In this document: piece after piece, positions 12,531 to 24,588 of the stretch | Layout: the number at the start of each line of letters is the position of its first letter | Position numbering within the stretch: the stretch's first letter is position 1 | Assembly: GCF_000143415.4 (NCBI RefSeq) | Contig: NW_003314273.1 | Coordinates: 2,542,719-2,606,718, forward strand | Direction of reading: 5' to 3' | DNA: 64,000 nt | From: Selaginella moellendorffii | Lineage: Eukaryota; Plantae; Lycopodiophyta | Translations under genes and position numbers: made by a program | Notes under the pieces: model-generated | What the model was told of the DNA's origin: nothing | The model's input: the letters and a program-made list of their open reading frames with translations, nothing else | Database searches by the model: none

Positions 12531-12788
12531 AGCATTAAAGTACATAACACATCACTCTAAGGACAGTTATTCTCTTTCACCATTCAGTTATGAGTCTTGT
12601 ACTTTCACCATTAACACAGTCTATAAGGAGGTTTTATATTAAATGCTCCATGCATTGTTTATAACACTGAAAGAAATTCTTGATATAAGTCTCATAAACA
12701 CATAAAAAGGCCTTGAAAGCTTGTATTATAACTATAACATTCAAAACAGTATTTGTTAATAGGATAGCATATGCTAGGCAAGTGCTAG
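12531..12788 (+). mobile_element. Helitron 3' terminal fragment
   Basis: Homologous to ~51620-51864 (end of helicase, N.VYKEVLY*); palindrome TAGCATATGCTA at 12765-12776 and terminal CTAG|T. Confidence 0.85.
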
Positions 12789-13549
12789 TATAATTATATA
12801 CTTTAATCTTGACAACTACCCTGACCCAAACTAATCTTTAATAATAAGGTGGCAGGCCTACATAAGCATTGAGGGATAAGTTCCCAAGATCCAGATTACA
12901 TTTGATTCTCAATCTGAAAGAGATCATTCATTGTATTCTGCAATCCCATGATGGAGTGTTTTCGTCTTGAGGGCCTTGAGAGTGGTCAAGCCATACAATA
13001 TTTATAGTAAGGATCTAAAGAACTCCACACCAAATTTGAAAAGTTTTTATTTCTCAGCTTTCTAAACTCGTCACCCTGCCATTTGTTGAATTCTCTAAGC
13101 CTCACACGCAGTACCACACAGCCCATGCAATCTCTCAAGCATGGCACCACCGTCACTTTGGCCCTTGAATCCACGTATCTTAGAGATTGGGCTATTAATC
13201 TGTGGAAGAAATCACCGCCAAAGAAATTTTCATCAGAGCCCACTTCGGTTAAGGTTCGGAGACCGCTCTCACTGACCAGAATGCATCTTCTAAGGTTTCC
13301 TCTTAGCTCTTGTGCACTCCTGATTTGTGAGCTTGGATCCTCCCTCCTTTCTTCTCTTTCTCCCCTTTTTTCCTTCTCATCCCTTCTTCACAGTTTAAAA
13401 ATCTCATGCAGAGTTTTTTTTCTTCGTTTTTTCTTTCCTCAGTGCCGATCAGGGTAGTCCATTGGTGAGTGAGTGAGAGAGCTAGACAGGATCCAATCTT
13501 TCTTAGTAGCATCACATCAAAAAGAAAGAGGAAGAAGAAGAAGAAGAAG

Positions 13550-13680
13550 ATGTGGCTTCTTCGAAGACGCCCCTCCTCTAAATGGAGGCGTGGGCTGCCA
13601 GGGATCGATCTACTCGCTCACCCTGGAAGAGCTCTAGACTTCAATGCTGGACCAGGGAAAAATCGGCAGCATGAACATGG
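13550..13680 (+). pseudogene. Group-A bZIP (ABI5/AREB-like) N-terminal fragment in leader of F-box copy 2
   Basis: GVGCQGSIYSLTLEEL*TSMLDQGKIGSMNM; the only copy that retains GK.GSMNM. Confidence 0.8.
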
Positions 13681-13725
13681 CACTCACTTCCTTTTAAGAA
13701 TAGGTTAAGATCATTAGGGCTGCAA

Positions 13726-14997
13726 ATGAATCAAGAGATTGAGGAGGTGTTGCTTGTGACTTTGCTCCTACTACATTGTAATTAGTGTTGCCAAGACTTG
13801 ATCAATGAAAGTGCATAGGTAATTACAAGAATTAATAGATACAACTATGCAGCTATGAGCCACAAAAGCACTGTAGAGAAAACATATAACGATAAAGAAG
13901 ACGTATAAGCGTTACCGTTAATGCACTTTGTCACCAATTCCCAGGATTTTGGCAGCAACTTGAGACTTTAGTGCATGCTCTTGGTGTGGCTTCCTGCGCG
14001 ATGTCTGGCGGATGAGAGCAGTGTGCAAACGGTGGCAGGAATTGATCGACTCCCCAGGGTTTGGCATGCGGCACACACAGGCAAGCATTCCAGCAGCTGT
14101 TCCTTATGTTCTTGCAGGCACGTTGTGCGGAAGGATGTTCAGGGGCAACCCATTTAACAACAGCAACGCCTTCAACTGGATAGAGATGGTGCCCACAGGG
14201 GGGTCTCTTATAGGAAGTGCTGGTGGATTGCTCTGCTTTTTGAAAGGGAACCAGGTCCTAGTAGGCAATCCAGTCACTGGATGCTTTAGAGCGTTGCCAG
14301 ATCTCAGGGCTAAAGGGCTGATTTCATCCTCTTACATGGGCATCAGTCAAGACTTCAAGGAATACACAGTCTGCTTTGTAAAAAGTCGTTCTTGTGAAGA
14401 AAAAAAGTTGAGATCAGAGGTACGGTGAGAAGTGACTACACAATGTTTACAACAGCTCATGTATACAACTCGAGACTGGGATGCTGGAGGGCTGCTAGCA
14501 CACCATTGGGATGGTGTCAGTTGGAGAATATGGGGGAAGTGGTGGGCAACGCTACTTTGTATTTGCTTTGTGGTCACTACAAGAATTTGAATGATCCAGA
14601 GTATGTCGGTCTGTTCACTTTGGATTTGGAAGGGTTGAGGTTTGAGTTAAAGCAGACTTGGCCATGGGATGAGCGGCTACACAGGAATTATGGTGTATTT
14701 GTTTCCTGCCATGGTCGGACAGGTGTGTTGTGCTGCACGCAATTCAAAAACAGCATGCAGCTATGGTATATGCAAGGAGAAACAGGTGGTGATGTTGGAG
14801 GTGAAAATCTGGCTAAAGGGGTTGGTAAAGTATCCAATGCTATATGTTTGAATGGAGCTGTTTTATTTGTGGAGGAGAAGTCTTTATCTACAACCATTTT
14901 GAATTTATCTACTACAGATGCAGTTGCATTCCCATTTCAGAAAAATTCCGCTCTAGCAAATTTCGTAGAATTTACACCTTCGCTTTTATTATCATAA
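13726..14997 (+). pseudogene. F-box protein pseudogene (copy 2)
   Basis: 240 bp insertion (13754-13993) inside the F-box motif and a -1 frameshift in the A-run at ~14400. Confidence 0.88.
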
Positions 14998-16199
14998 CTT
15001 GTATTGTGTTTCTTTTCATAATATGAAATTACTTAGTCTCGTCTATTACTTTTATTTTCCTCCTTGGGTAATTTCACGACAGCGCTGGGCCAAGCGCCCG
15101 ATACGAATGCGTGAGGTATGCGCAGCTCTCTCTTTGTTTCTCTCGCTGCTTCTAGGGTTTCCTCCCTAGTGCTCCTGATGCATGCTCTGGAGCTCTGTTC
15201 TGCTTGTGATCAATAGCTCATTCGTGTGATCTGTTTATCCTCCCTCCTTTCTTCTCTTTCTCCTTTTTTTCTGCAAAAGTTGGAGACTTGATCAAGAGAG
15301 AAGCATGCACCTGGAAATGGTTACATCAGTATACAAAATATAAGAAAATGGAGGAATAAAATCTTACAGTTTAGAAAATGTTTTTTCTTTTAATTGTGCT
15401 GTTGTTTTTTCTTCCAAATATATGTATTATTTCACTTTAAAAGGAAATAAAATATAACTCTTAGTCAACCGTTTTAGGTTTCAAAGAAATGTCTTAAAGT
15501 TTCACAACCAATCAATACTATAAATACAATCATGGTAGAAATACATTGTTCATTTTGATTATGTTGGAAAGTGCATGATTATATTTTAGAGTTTTGTTTG
15601 CTATTGACAATTACTTGCTGAAGAATGTTTGAATGTTTTATTGTGAAGAGAAAATTGGGAATGTTAAGTTTTCCAAGAGCAAAGAGTCAATAAAAATGAT
15701 GCAATCAAAGAGAATTAACCATAGAAGGGAACTATATTACTAAAGAATTTGTTATGCCAAACAGCAACATGGTTTCCTTTATTTTTTATAGTTTTTATGC
15801 AATTTATTTTTATGACTGGTTTATCTTTAATTGTATGAATGCTATAGCACCTAATAAGGCTAAGTGCTTGTTTAGATTGCATAGCATTGAATATTAATGT
15901 TAATATCTTAGCCATTGCACATCATGATAAATGGTGGGTAATGGTGTTGCCACTATGGCCTCTTACCCTCCAGGTAAGAACTCTGTACTCCATTGAGACT
16001 GTTCTAACGAAACTTTTTTAAAGCCCTCAGTTTTCAAAAAGCTAGAACAATTTTTATGCCCTCTAGACTGAGAAAGAAACCATGGAGAGCTCAATAATAT
16101 TATTTTCAGAAGGTTAATGACTTGGCTTTTAGGTTTACTGTTACAAACATCCTTTTAACTTAGAGGATAATATATAGTTTTATATATAGAAAGTGAGAG

Positions 16200-17300
16200 T
16201 TCTAAAGGATGGCAAAACATCATCAACTCATCATCTTGGGTGACTACTAGCTTTTTAGCTTCCAACTCATAGTGGCTGAGCTTGAGTTACAAGTTGTAGT
16301 AAACAGCCTTCTTCATTGAGACTGATTGACATGAAGGCAAAGCATTGTCTACTAAATGTGGCATCAATGGATAGTGTGCCTCCTACCTTTGCGTGGTGAT
16401 AGCAAATGTTTCCAAGTTTTAGGGGGAATCTGGTGAGCCTGGAGACTCTGTTTACATTTCAACATACTTCACCTGTGAGTCGAGGATCTCTGTTCCCACA
16501 CCCTGTCTATTCACTATAGTGACTGGATATAAGCACCCCTATCCAGAAGATCCAAGCCCTGTGCCTCCCTACCAACCATATTGCTGCAAGAGTTGATAAC
16601 TAATATTATCACTCTTGAACTGTCCTATCCATGGATGTGAGCCAGCAATCCACTCCACATTCTCATTGACACCAATATGATCATCTATAAAATCATGTGG
16701 TCCTGAGAGCTTCACTAAATCTGCCAGAGCTTTTCCTTTCTGATCTGGCTTGTTTTTGGACCAATTGTACATGGATTGTGCTGAAAAACATGTTGTTGTG
16801 GAGGCCAAGGAGTAGGTGTGGAAACAATAGCATGGTTTTCCCATGCTATATATTCTTGCTTTGCTCTGTAACTCATATTGGGGTGGATACCAGATGTTGG
16901 CATTTGCATTGTCTAAGTAACCTTATGGTGGTGGAATTTGGTTATAAACCTACTTCTAAGCAACATCAACTGTTCCTTGCCCCCAGCCAGACTATCCTTG
17001 GCCTTGGCCATGGCTAGCCTGTTGTTGCCTTCATGAAGTTGTGTCTAGAGGAAGGAGTAGATCTCTACCAATACATTGTATGAAAGTCCTCCTCATACAC
17101 CATTGTTCTTTGCTAAAGCAACCTCTTATGTTCTTAAGTGATAGCATATTGCATAACTTTGTCCAGCTTTTTTAAGCACTTCCCACAAACTTTGTGAGCC
17201 AAAATAGATGCATACAATTCATATACACCTTTACCACCTAAGCTCCATTGCACTATATGTTCATGCTCTCACACTTACAAATATATTTTTGAAGTAGATA
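16200..17300 (-). mobile_element. Degenerate G-patch retroelement-like remnant, unit 1
   Basis: Paralog of 3830-4776; SDNISYQLLQQYGW*GGTGLGSSG at ~16540-16613. Confidence 0.5.
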
Positions 17301-17871
17301 NNNNNNNNNNNNNNNNNNNNNNNNNNNNNNNNNNNNNNNNNNNNNNNNNNNNNNNNNNNNNNNNNNNNNNNNNNNNNNNNNNNNNNNNNNNNNNNNNNNN
17401 NNNNNNNNNNNNNNNNNNNNNNNNNNNNNNNNNNNNNNNNNNNNNNNNNNNNNNNNNNNNNNNNNNNNNNNNNNNNNNNNNNNNNNNNNNNNNNNNNNNN
17501 NNNNNNNNNNNNNNNNNNNNNNNNNNNNNNNNNNNNNNNNNNNNNNNNNNNNNNNNNNNNNNNNNNNNNNNNNNNNNNNNNNNNNNNNNNNNNNNNNNNN
17601 NNNNNNNNNNNNNNNNNNNNNNNNNNNNNNNNNNNNNNNNNNNNNNNNNNNNNNNNNNNNNNNNNNNNNNNNNNNNNNNNNNNNNNNNNNNNNNNNNNNN
17701 NNNNNNNNNNNNNNNNNNNNNNNNNNNNNNNNNNNNNNNNNNNNNNNNNNNNNNNNNNNNNNNNNNNNNNNNNNNNNNNNNNNNNNNNNNNNNNNNNNNN
17801 NNNNNNNNNNNNNNNNNNNNNNNNNNNNNNNNNNNNNNNNNNNNNNNNNNNNNNNNNNNNNNNNNNNNNNN
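17301..17871. other. Assembly gap (571 N)
   Basis: Run of N; the paralogous interval in the next unit (~26910-27185) is only ~275 bp. Confidence 1.
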
Positions 17872-18184
17872 AAAATCCTCAAATCCCTACACAAACCTAG
17901 CCATTTTGGATTTATTGGATAGATTATAATGTGGCACCTCTTTTACAACAAAAATCAGCTCAATCAACTCTATATCCTGCAAGAATTCTTGGTCCAAAGT
18001 CCATAGATCAAATCACCCAAAACTTCAACTTTCAGTTTTCATTCCTCTGGGACGTTCTTTTTGCAGATTCAAAGGGTGAACAAGCCAAGAAGTCACTCTA
18101 CCATGTCTGAAGAGAGGTATGTTTTGACCTTGAAACCCTAAAATATACTATATATGCTTGACATATTCCCATACCAAGCTCCTT

Positions 18185-18415
18185 CCATCTTCATTTGCAA
18201 GCCAGCCTTGAAGCTCTCTCCATTTCATTCAGTGGTATGCTTCATACGAATGACTAATGTCTATAAGCAAGAAAAGACCTACCAAGAGCAATGAAGGTAA
18301 GACCTCGACTTCCACTTGACAAGGTAATGCTTCATCAGCTCTTCTTCTGCCTTCTTGCCTTCCTCCGTCTTCCTTCTCCGTGAGAGTGCATGAAACTCCT
18401 GTTAGTGCTTCCCTC
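18185..18415 (-). pseudogene. PKL: CHD3/PICKLE chromodomain fragment, unit 1
   Basis: MKHYLVKWKSRSYLHCSW, then a GT intron, then IPLNEMERASR; shorter than the unit 2 copy. Confidence 0.72.
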
Positions 18416-18789
18416 CCAATATTGGCGTGACTCACTGTTAAACAAAATCTTTGCCGGTTTACTTTCCTAATAGCCAATCTGGCATGGCGTTTTGGACGAG
18501 ATTCTCGCTGCTCGAAGCGCGAGATCAACCCATCTAGAACCCGTCCTCCTAACTCCTAAATCCGCCTAATCGCCTGGCCCCTTGACACCAAACCGCGTCT
18601 CGCTCTAAGCCGAGTTCACTCGGTGGTGGATGAAAAAATGCAGAAACCTCTGTTGGAACCTCGGGTTCCATCGCGATGGTTCTAAACGTTTCTGAGGTAC
18701 TATGAAAGAGCAAATGATTTATCAACCAGTTTGGTTCAAGAACTCCAACAAACATAACTTTTATAAACTCGTAATGCCACGAACATGCA

Positions 18790-20552
18790 TCACATTTTAC
18801 TGAGTACAAGCGGCACTCCATGGATAGGCTTCAAGCCAAACTTCATCGCAGGATTATGGCGGTAGTTCGGTGAAAGCCGGAACGAGAATCGCTGTAGTAT
18901 CATAGCCAGAATGACTTTGGCTTCGATCATCGCAAACGACTGGCCCACGCACACCCGCGGCCCAAACGAAAACGGCATGAAAGCATTTGGATGCTTGCAC
19001 GCGCTTGAGATCCCATCTTTGAAGCGATCAGGATTGAATTGGCCTGCATCTTCTCCCCAGAGCTCCTTATCCTGATGCAATCCAGCGATTGGAAACGACA
19101 CAGATACTCCTTTTGGAACGTGTAAATCTTGCAGCCAAGACTCCTCCATACACTCCCTGGTCATCTCGATTGCTGGTGGATACAGCCGCAGAGTTTCGTA
19201 AAGGATCATTCCCACCTGTTCAAGAATCAAGATGTTAAGTTTTGGAATTAGGAGATATTGATTGACTTACGAGCTTGAGCCTGCTGACACTCTCGCCATC
19301 AGGAATCTCATTGCCACATACTTCGTGTACCTCAGCACGGGCGCGTTCTTGCCATTCAGGATAGCCTCCCAGTAGCATCAAAGTCCAGGTTAGTAAGGTC
19401 GCTGTGGTCTCATGCCCCGCAATGTAGAATGTCTTGCATTCCTCTATCAGATCCCTGCTTGTGAAATTACTGCTGCTGTCACACTCCTTTAGCATCAGTC
19501 CGAGTAAGTCATTCCCGTATGTATTGCTCCCCCCTGACTTCACTGAGTTCCGACGCTCGTCTATGATCCCAGTGATCAGAGAATCCAACTCCTGATGAAG
19601 CTTCCACATTCGGAGGTTGATTGGAAGTGGGAGAAACCTGTAAGCAAGTGAATATGATTCAGTTCAATAGATGATCGAGCATACCTGAAGCCTGGAATCC
19701 ACGAAAAGCTGACGAGTTTGGGCAGTAGCTCTGGGATTTTCTTAGACAATATCTCAAAAACTCTCTGGCCTTTGAGATAGCTAGTTCCAAATGCTGTATG
19801 GGAGATAACGTCTCCTGTGAGCTTACGCACCTCTCCAGAGATTTCAATCTCGGGATTCTGCTCCATCGTAGCTTCACATTGATCAAGCATGCGAGATGCG
19901 CACCCTGCGATTGTACCGGTCATTTGCTGTGTACAGGAGAATCAGAAACACTTATCAGCCAGACTTCATTGGAAGATAATAGTATGAATACCCACTTTAA
20001 TACGTTCATGAAAGAATGCCGGTGCTACGAGTCGGCGGTGATGACTCCATTCCTCTCCAGTAACAGAAACTAATCCACGACCAAGGAACAAGTTCGCCAA
20101 CCGCAGCCCGGCCTCCGATTTATCAAACTGAGAAAACTTCTTAGACAAAACCTCCCTTACGATCTCAGGCTCCGAGACCGATATCCTTGGCTCAGTTCCC
20201 CACCAGAACACAAATCTCTTCCCTGGACCATGATCATCAGGAACGAAGCTTTGAGATTCATCAGGGATGACAAGAACATACCATATTGCTTCCGCCATTT
20301 GAGCAACGCAGGATGTACCCGATGGAAAATGTCGTGGCTGAAACTCTCCATGTCGTGATCCTTGATGGCGCTCCTCATGTTCTGGATTTCAGCTATTTGG
20401 CCTACCATGAATCGGGGTGGAGGCCCCTGAATGCCCTCCTTCTTCAGCTGCGCCGCGATCGCCCTGGGGCGCCACCAGTAGACCGTCACGAATCGCCATA
20501 GCGCTGCAGTGAAGAGGACGATGCAAATGCTCAAGATCCATCTCCCTTCCAT
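18790..20552 (-). CDS. Cytochrome P450, CYP72 clan (copy 1), 5 exons, 510 aa
   Basis: Exons 20552-20282, 20222-19996, 19926-19685, 19637-19271, 19215-18790 total 1533 nt in frame with GT-AG introns. N-terminal anchor, GIQGPPP hinge, I-helix AGHETT, ETLR, FNPDRF, heme motif FSFGPRVCVG. Confidence 0.95.
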
Positions 20553-22514
20553 TTGCTGGACTAAGGGTAAAATGTGTGGGAGATGTGCCAGGTGGGCGAG
20601 TGCATTTAAGCCAAGCAGATGGAGTGTTGTACAAGTAAGGATCTATCCTTAAGAAACTACTTGGAACTTGTAGCGTTACACTGTTACTCATTCGTTTGTG
20701 GTGGTTTGATTGGACGACATCCCAAGTACGTCAATTTCAAACCAGAATTTTAAACTGTTTATAATACTGTTTGGATATGGATACACTCAGTATACATATA
20801 TTTTTCTAGCCATTGGATTGCAACAGCATAGTTTAAAATGGCATTGTGGAATAGATAAGACTGCCACAGTGGATCACATTCCATGGGCTTGCATTGCTTC
20901 ACCAGCCACTGCACCATAGAAACTACCCCTGCAAAATCAGTGATCCACTTTGAATTGAAAAGAGATGGAAAACATATATCTTAGATGTACCACCACCGCT
21001 AACACTGCATTTACCAACTGGAATTGAAGTCCATCAATGGCTTCTCTCACCCGTGGGGTGTCGCTCAGATGGCAGGGATTGTCGGGGCAGAGTTACACGC
21101 TGGGCCTCAACAACGTGGTGGAGCATCGCAACAGGGTTGAAAGTGTGATGGGATCACCAAGAAGACGATCACCCTCCCAGACTGTGACGACGATCACCAC
21201 CACCCACAACAGTGCAAAGTCTTCAACGGTGAGTGGCAGACACAGTGGCAGCCACAGGGAAAGAATGCCTTCAATACGCTTTAAAATGATACAAATTTGT
21301 TTAAACATTAACTCTACTTGTTTTAGACAAAGAATCCTCACACTGGAAAGATGAAAGTGATCCATTGAAAAACATAGTTTTTCATGTAAATTGCAAGATG
21401 TCCACAACACCGGTTGAGCTTGGTGTTATACTCTCTAGACAGGTCCTTGGAAAACTAGAACCATCCAGTCTGGTCCAGTCTCATTGCATATAGTCAATGA
21501 GTGTTTTTTAAAGCACCACCTAAGCACTATCGTTCTTGAGGAATGAAAACTCCATGCTGTAGATGTGCAGGCCTTGAGCAATCTAGTAGAATTCTTTTGC
21601 CCAACAATTCAGTTTCCAGCACAATGCAATTCAAAACCTTTAGTGTTAAAAAACACAGCACAATTGCAATATTAGTAATGTTGCAATCAAGTGAGTTTTC
21701 ACAGTAATTTTAAGAAGACAAAACAACAAAATAGTGTGAAGATTTGTTGTTGTATTTTTAACAAATTGTTCCATTTTCACAAAATAATCAAAAATTCTCA
21801 TTTGGACTTTGGTAAACTGTTAACTTATTGTGACAAGTGCACTAAAAAATGTAAGAGATAGAAAAAATGATAAATTGAAAATTCATTAGTGCTAATATTT
21901 AGATTTCAAGATGATGCTAAACCCAATTTAGCATCACATTATCAAGAAAAGTCAATGTAGTTTCACAAAACTCAAAACAACCCATGCAAGTTGAACAAAT
22001 GCAGAATATTTGTTGTTGTTTTGGAAGTTGTGATATGCATTACATATTTGCTCCAATACATTAATTATAATATTTTGTACTTAGTGAAGGATATTAGTAG
22101 TAGCCACAACCACACCATCAACATCCACTATAATATATAATTTTTGATCGAGTTTGATGGAACACAAAATAATCTAATATTAAAAATAAAGTAGTTATTT
22201 GTTTTCTAAATTTTTAGTTAACTATTTTACATATAAAGATTAAATATAAAATTTTAATGTTGCAGATCACTTTGAAATTAGTAAAAAATAATCACTTCAA
22301 AATTTTGGATAAGTTTATTTTAAGTTTTTCATCATTGTAAATGTAGTTATACAGCATACAAAATTAATTATGCAAAAGTTATCCACCATAGTACTTGAAC
22401 ATATGCACTTTTCATAAGTTGTGAATAATTTATTTCTCAAAACCAAGCTCATACAAACCAAATATAACATCATTGCTATTTGTGAACCAAAGTATCAAGC
22501 CAAAAGTTTAAACA

Positions 22515-22815
22515 TCTATAATAATAAAGAGGAGTTGCTGAACTTTTTATCCAGCCAATAGCATGGGGGTAACTATCAAAAAGTTATTTTTTTAACCACG
22601 TCTTAATGAATAATCATAGTAATGTTTGCTCTTAGCCAATGAAAAGTGGCCAATTGCATAGGGCCCAATAGAAGAAGGTGCTATGATGCATGTCACGTGC
22701 AAAGTGTTGATCAGTGGAGATTAGCTGCTGTATCATCTGGATCTTGATAGTTCCCTCTAACGAATTTGATAATTTCCTTTGAGGAAGCACAGCTTTATAA
22801 TTATTTCCTCAATTT
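22515..22815 (+). mobile_element. Helitron 5' terminal fragment
   Basis: Starts A|TCTATAATAATAAAG; homologous to 51865-52080 and 33581-33700; absent from the other spacer copies. Confidence 0.65.
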
Positions 22816-23438
22816 GCTTTGTCTGCACCAAAGGGGCCAAAAGTTTAAACATAAGTGTAATAAAAGACTAAGAATCAAGCATTATCTTTTTTATTGCATC
22901 TGTACATAATCTAAGGCCTACTTGGCTTGACTTTCAAATATATTCATTTCGTTTAATGTAATCTTTTACATTATAACCTAACCTAAGTACATTTTAACCG
23001 TTAGATCATAAAATATGCTAGAATATACCTAAAAGTGTTTTTAAAGGTTTATAAATTACAAACATAAGATTAATCTAAATGTATATGTTAGAATATCCAG
23101 GCATATTCTAAATGTATTGGAATTTTTTGTAGAACCGAAGGTTGATGCCACTCTCACTAATCCTGTCCAGAATGCATCTTGTTTCCTCTTAGCTCTTGTG
23201 CATTCCTGATTTGTGAGCTTGGATCCTCCCTCCTTTCTTCTCTTTCTCCCCTTTTTTTCCTTCTCATCACAGTTTAAAAAACTCATGCAGAGTTGTTTTT
23301 CTTCTTTTTTTTTCCTCAGTGCCGATCAGGGTAATCTCATTGGTGAGTGAGTGAGAGAGCTAGACAGGATCCAATCTTTCTTAGTAACATCACATCAAGA
23401 AGAAAGAGGAAGAAGAAGAAGAAGAAGAAGAAGAAGAC

Positions 23439-23562
23439 ATGGCTTCTCCAAGGCGATGCTCCATCCTCCTTTAAATGAAAGCGTTTGCTGCCAGGGATCG
23501 ATCTACTCGGTCACACTGGAGGAGCTCCAGAATTCAATGCAGGACGAGTTCATGAAGAACAT
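23439..23562 (+). pseudogene. Group-A bZIP (ABI5/AREB-like) N-terminal fragment in leader of F-box copy 3
   Basis: CQGSIYSVTLEELQNSMQDEFMKNI. Confidence 0.8.
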
Positions 23563-23591
23563 CACTCCTTATGATTACCTTTTAAGAATAG

Positions 23592-24588
23592 GTGTTGCAG
23601 CAGCTGCCGCTGCGCGATGTCTGGCGGATGAGAGCAGTGTGCAAACGGTGGCGGGAATTGATCGACTCCCCAGGGTTTGGCGTGCGGCACGCACAGGCAA
23701 GCATTCCAGCAGCTGTTCCTTATGTTCTTGCAGGCACGTTGTGCGGAAGGATGTTCAGGGGCAACCCATTTAACAACAGCAACGCCTTCAACTGGATAGA
23801 GATGGTGCCCACAGGGGGGTCTCTTATAGGAAGTGCTGGTGGATTGCTCTGCTTTTTGAAAGGGAACCAGGTCCTAGTAGGCAATCCAGTCACTGCCAGA
23901 TCTCAGGGCTAAAGGGCTGATTTCATCCTCTTACATGGGCATCAGTCAAGACTTCAAGGAATACACAGTCTGCTTTGTAAAAAGTCGTTCTTGTGAAGAA
24001 AAAAAAGTTGAGATCAGAGGTACGGTGAGAAGTGACTACACAATGTTTACAACAGCTCATGTATACAACTCGAGACTGGGATGCTGGAGGGCTGCTAGCA
24101 CACCATTGGGATGGTGTCAGTGGGAGAATATGGGGGAAGTGGTGGGCAACGCTACTTTGTATTTGCTTTGTGGTCACTACAAGAATTTGAATGATCCAGA
24201 GTATGTCGGTCTGTTCACTTTGGATTTGGAAGGGTTGAGGTTTGAATTAAAGCAGACTTGGCCATGGGATGAGCGGCTACACAGGAATTATGGTGTATTT
24301 GTTTCCTGCCATGGTCGGACAGGTGTGTTGTGCTGCACTCAATTCAAAAACAGGTATATGCAAGGAGAAACAGGTGGTGATGGTGGAGGTGAAAATCTGG
24401 CTAAAGGTGTTGGTAAAGAATGCAATGCTATTTGTTTGAATGGAGCTGTTTTATTTGTGGAGGAGAAGTCTTTATCTACAGCCATTTTGAATTTATCTAC
24501 TACAGGGAAAGCAGTTGCTTTCCCATTTCAGATAAATTCCGATCTAGCAAATTTCGTAAAATTTACACCTTCGCTTTTATTACCATAA
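23592..24588 (+). pseudogene. F-box protein pseudogene (copy 3)
   Basis: A deletion removes the ATG and MNQEIEE; 17 bp frameshifting deletion at ~23895. Confidence 0.85.

Noticed and set aside
17253-17894. 213 aa ORF
   Set aside because: Artefact of reading through the N gap.
23351-23773. In-frame bZIP-F-box fusion protein
   Set aside because: The bZIP frame is offset from the F-box frame (241 nt, not a multiple of 3) and reads the F-box out of frame.
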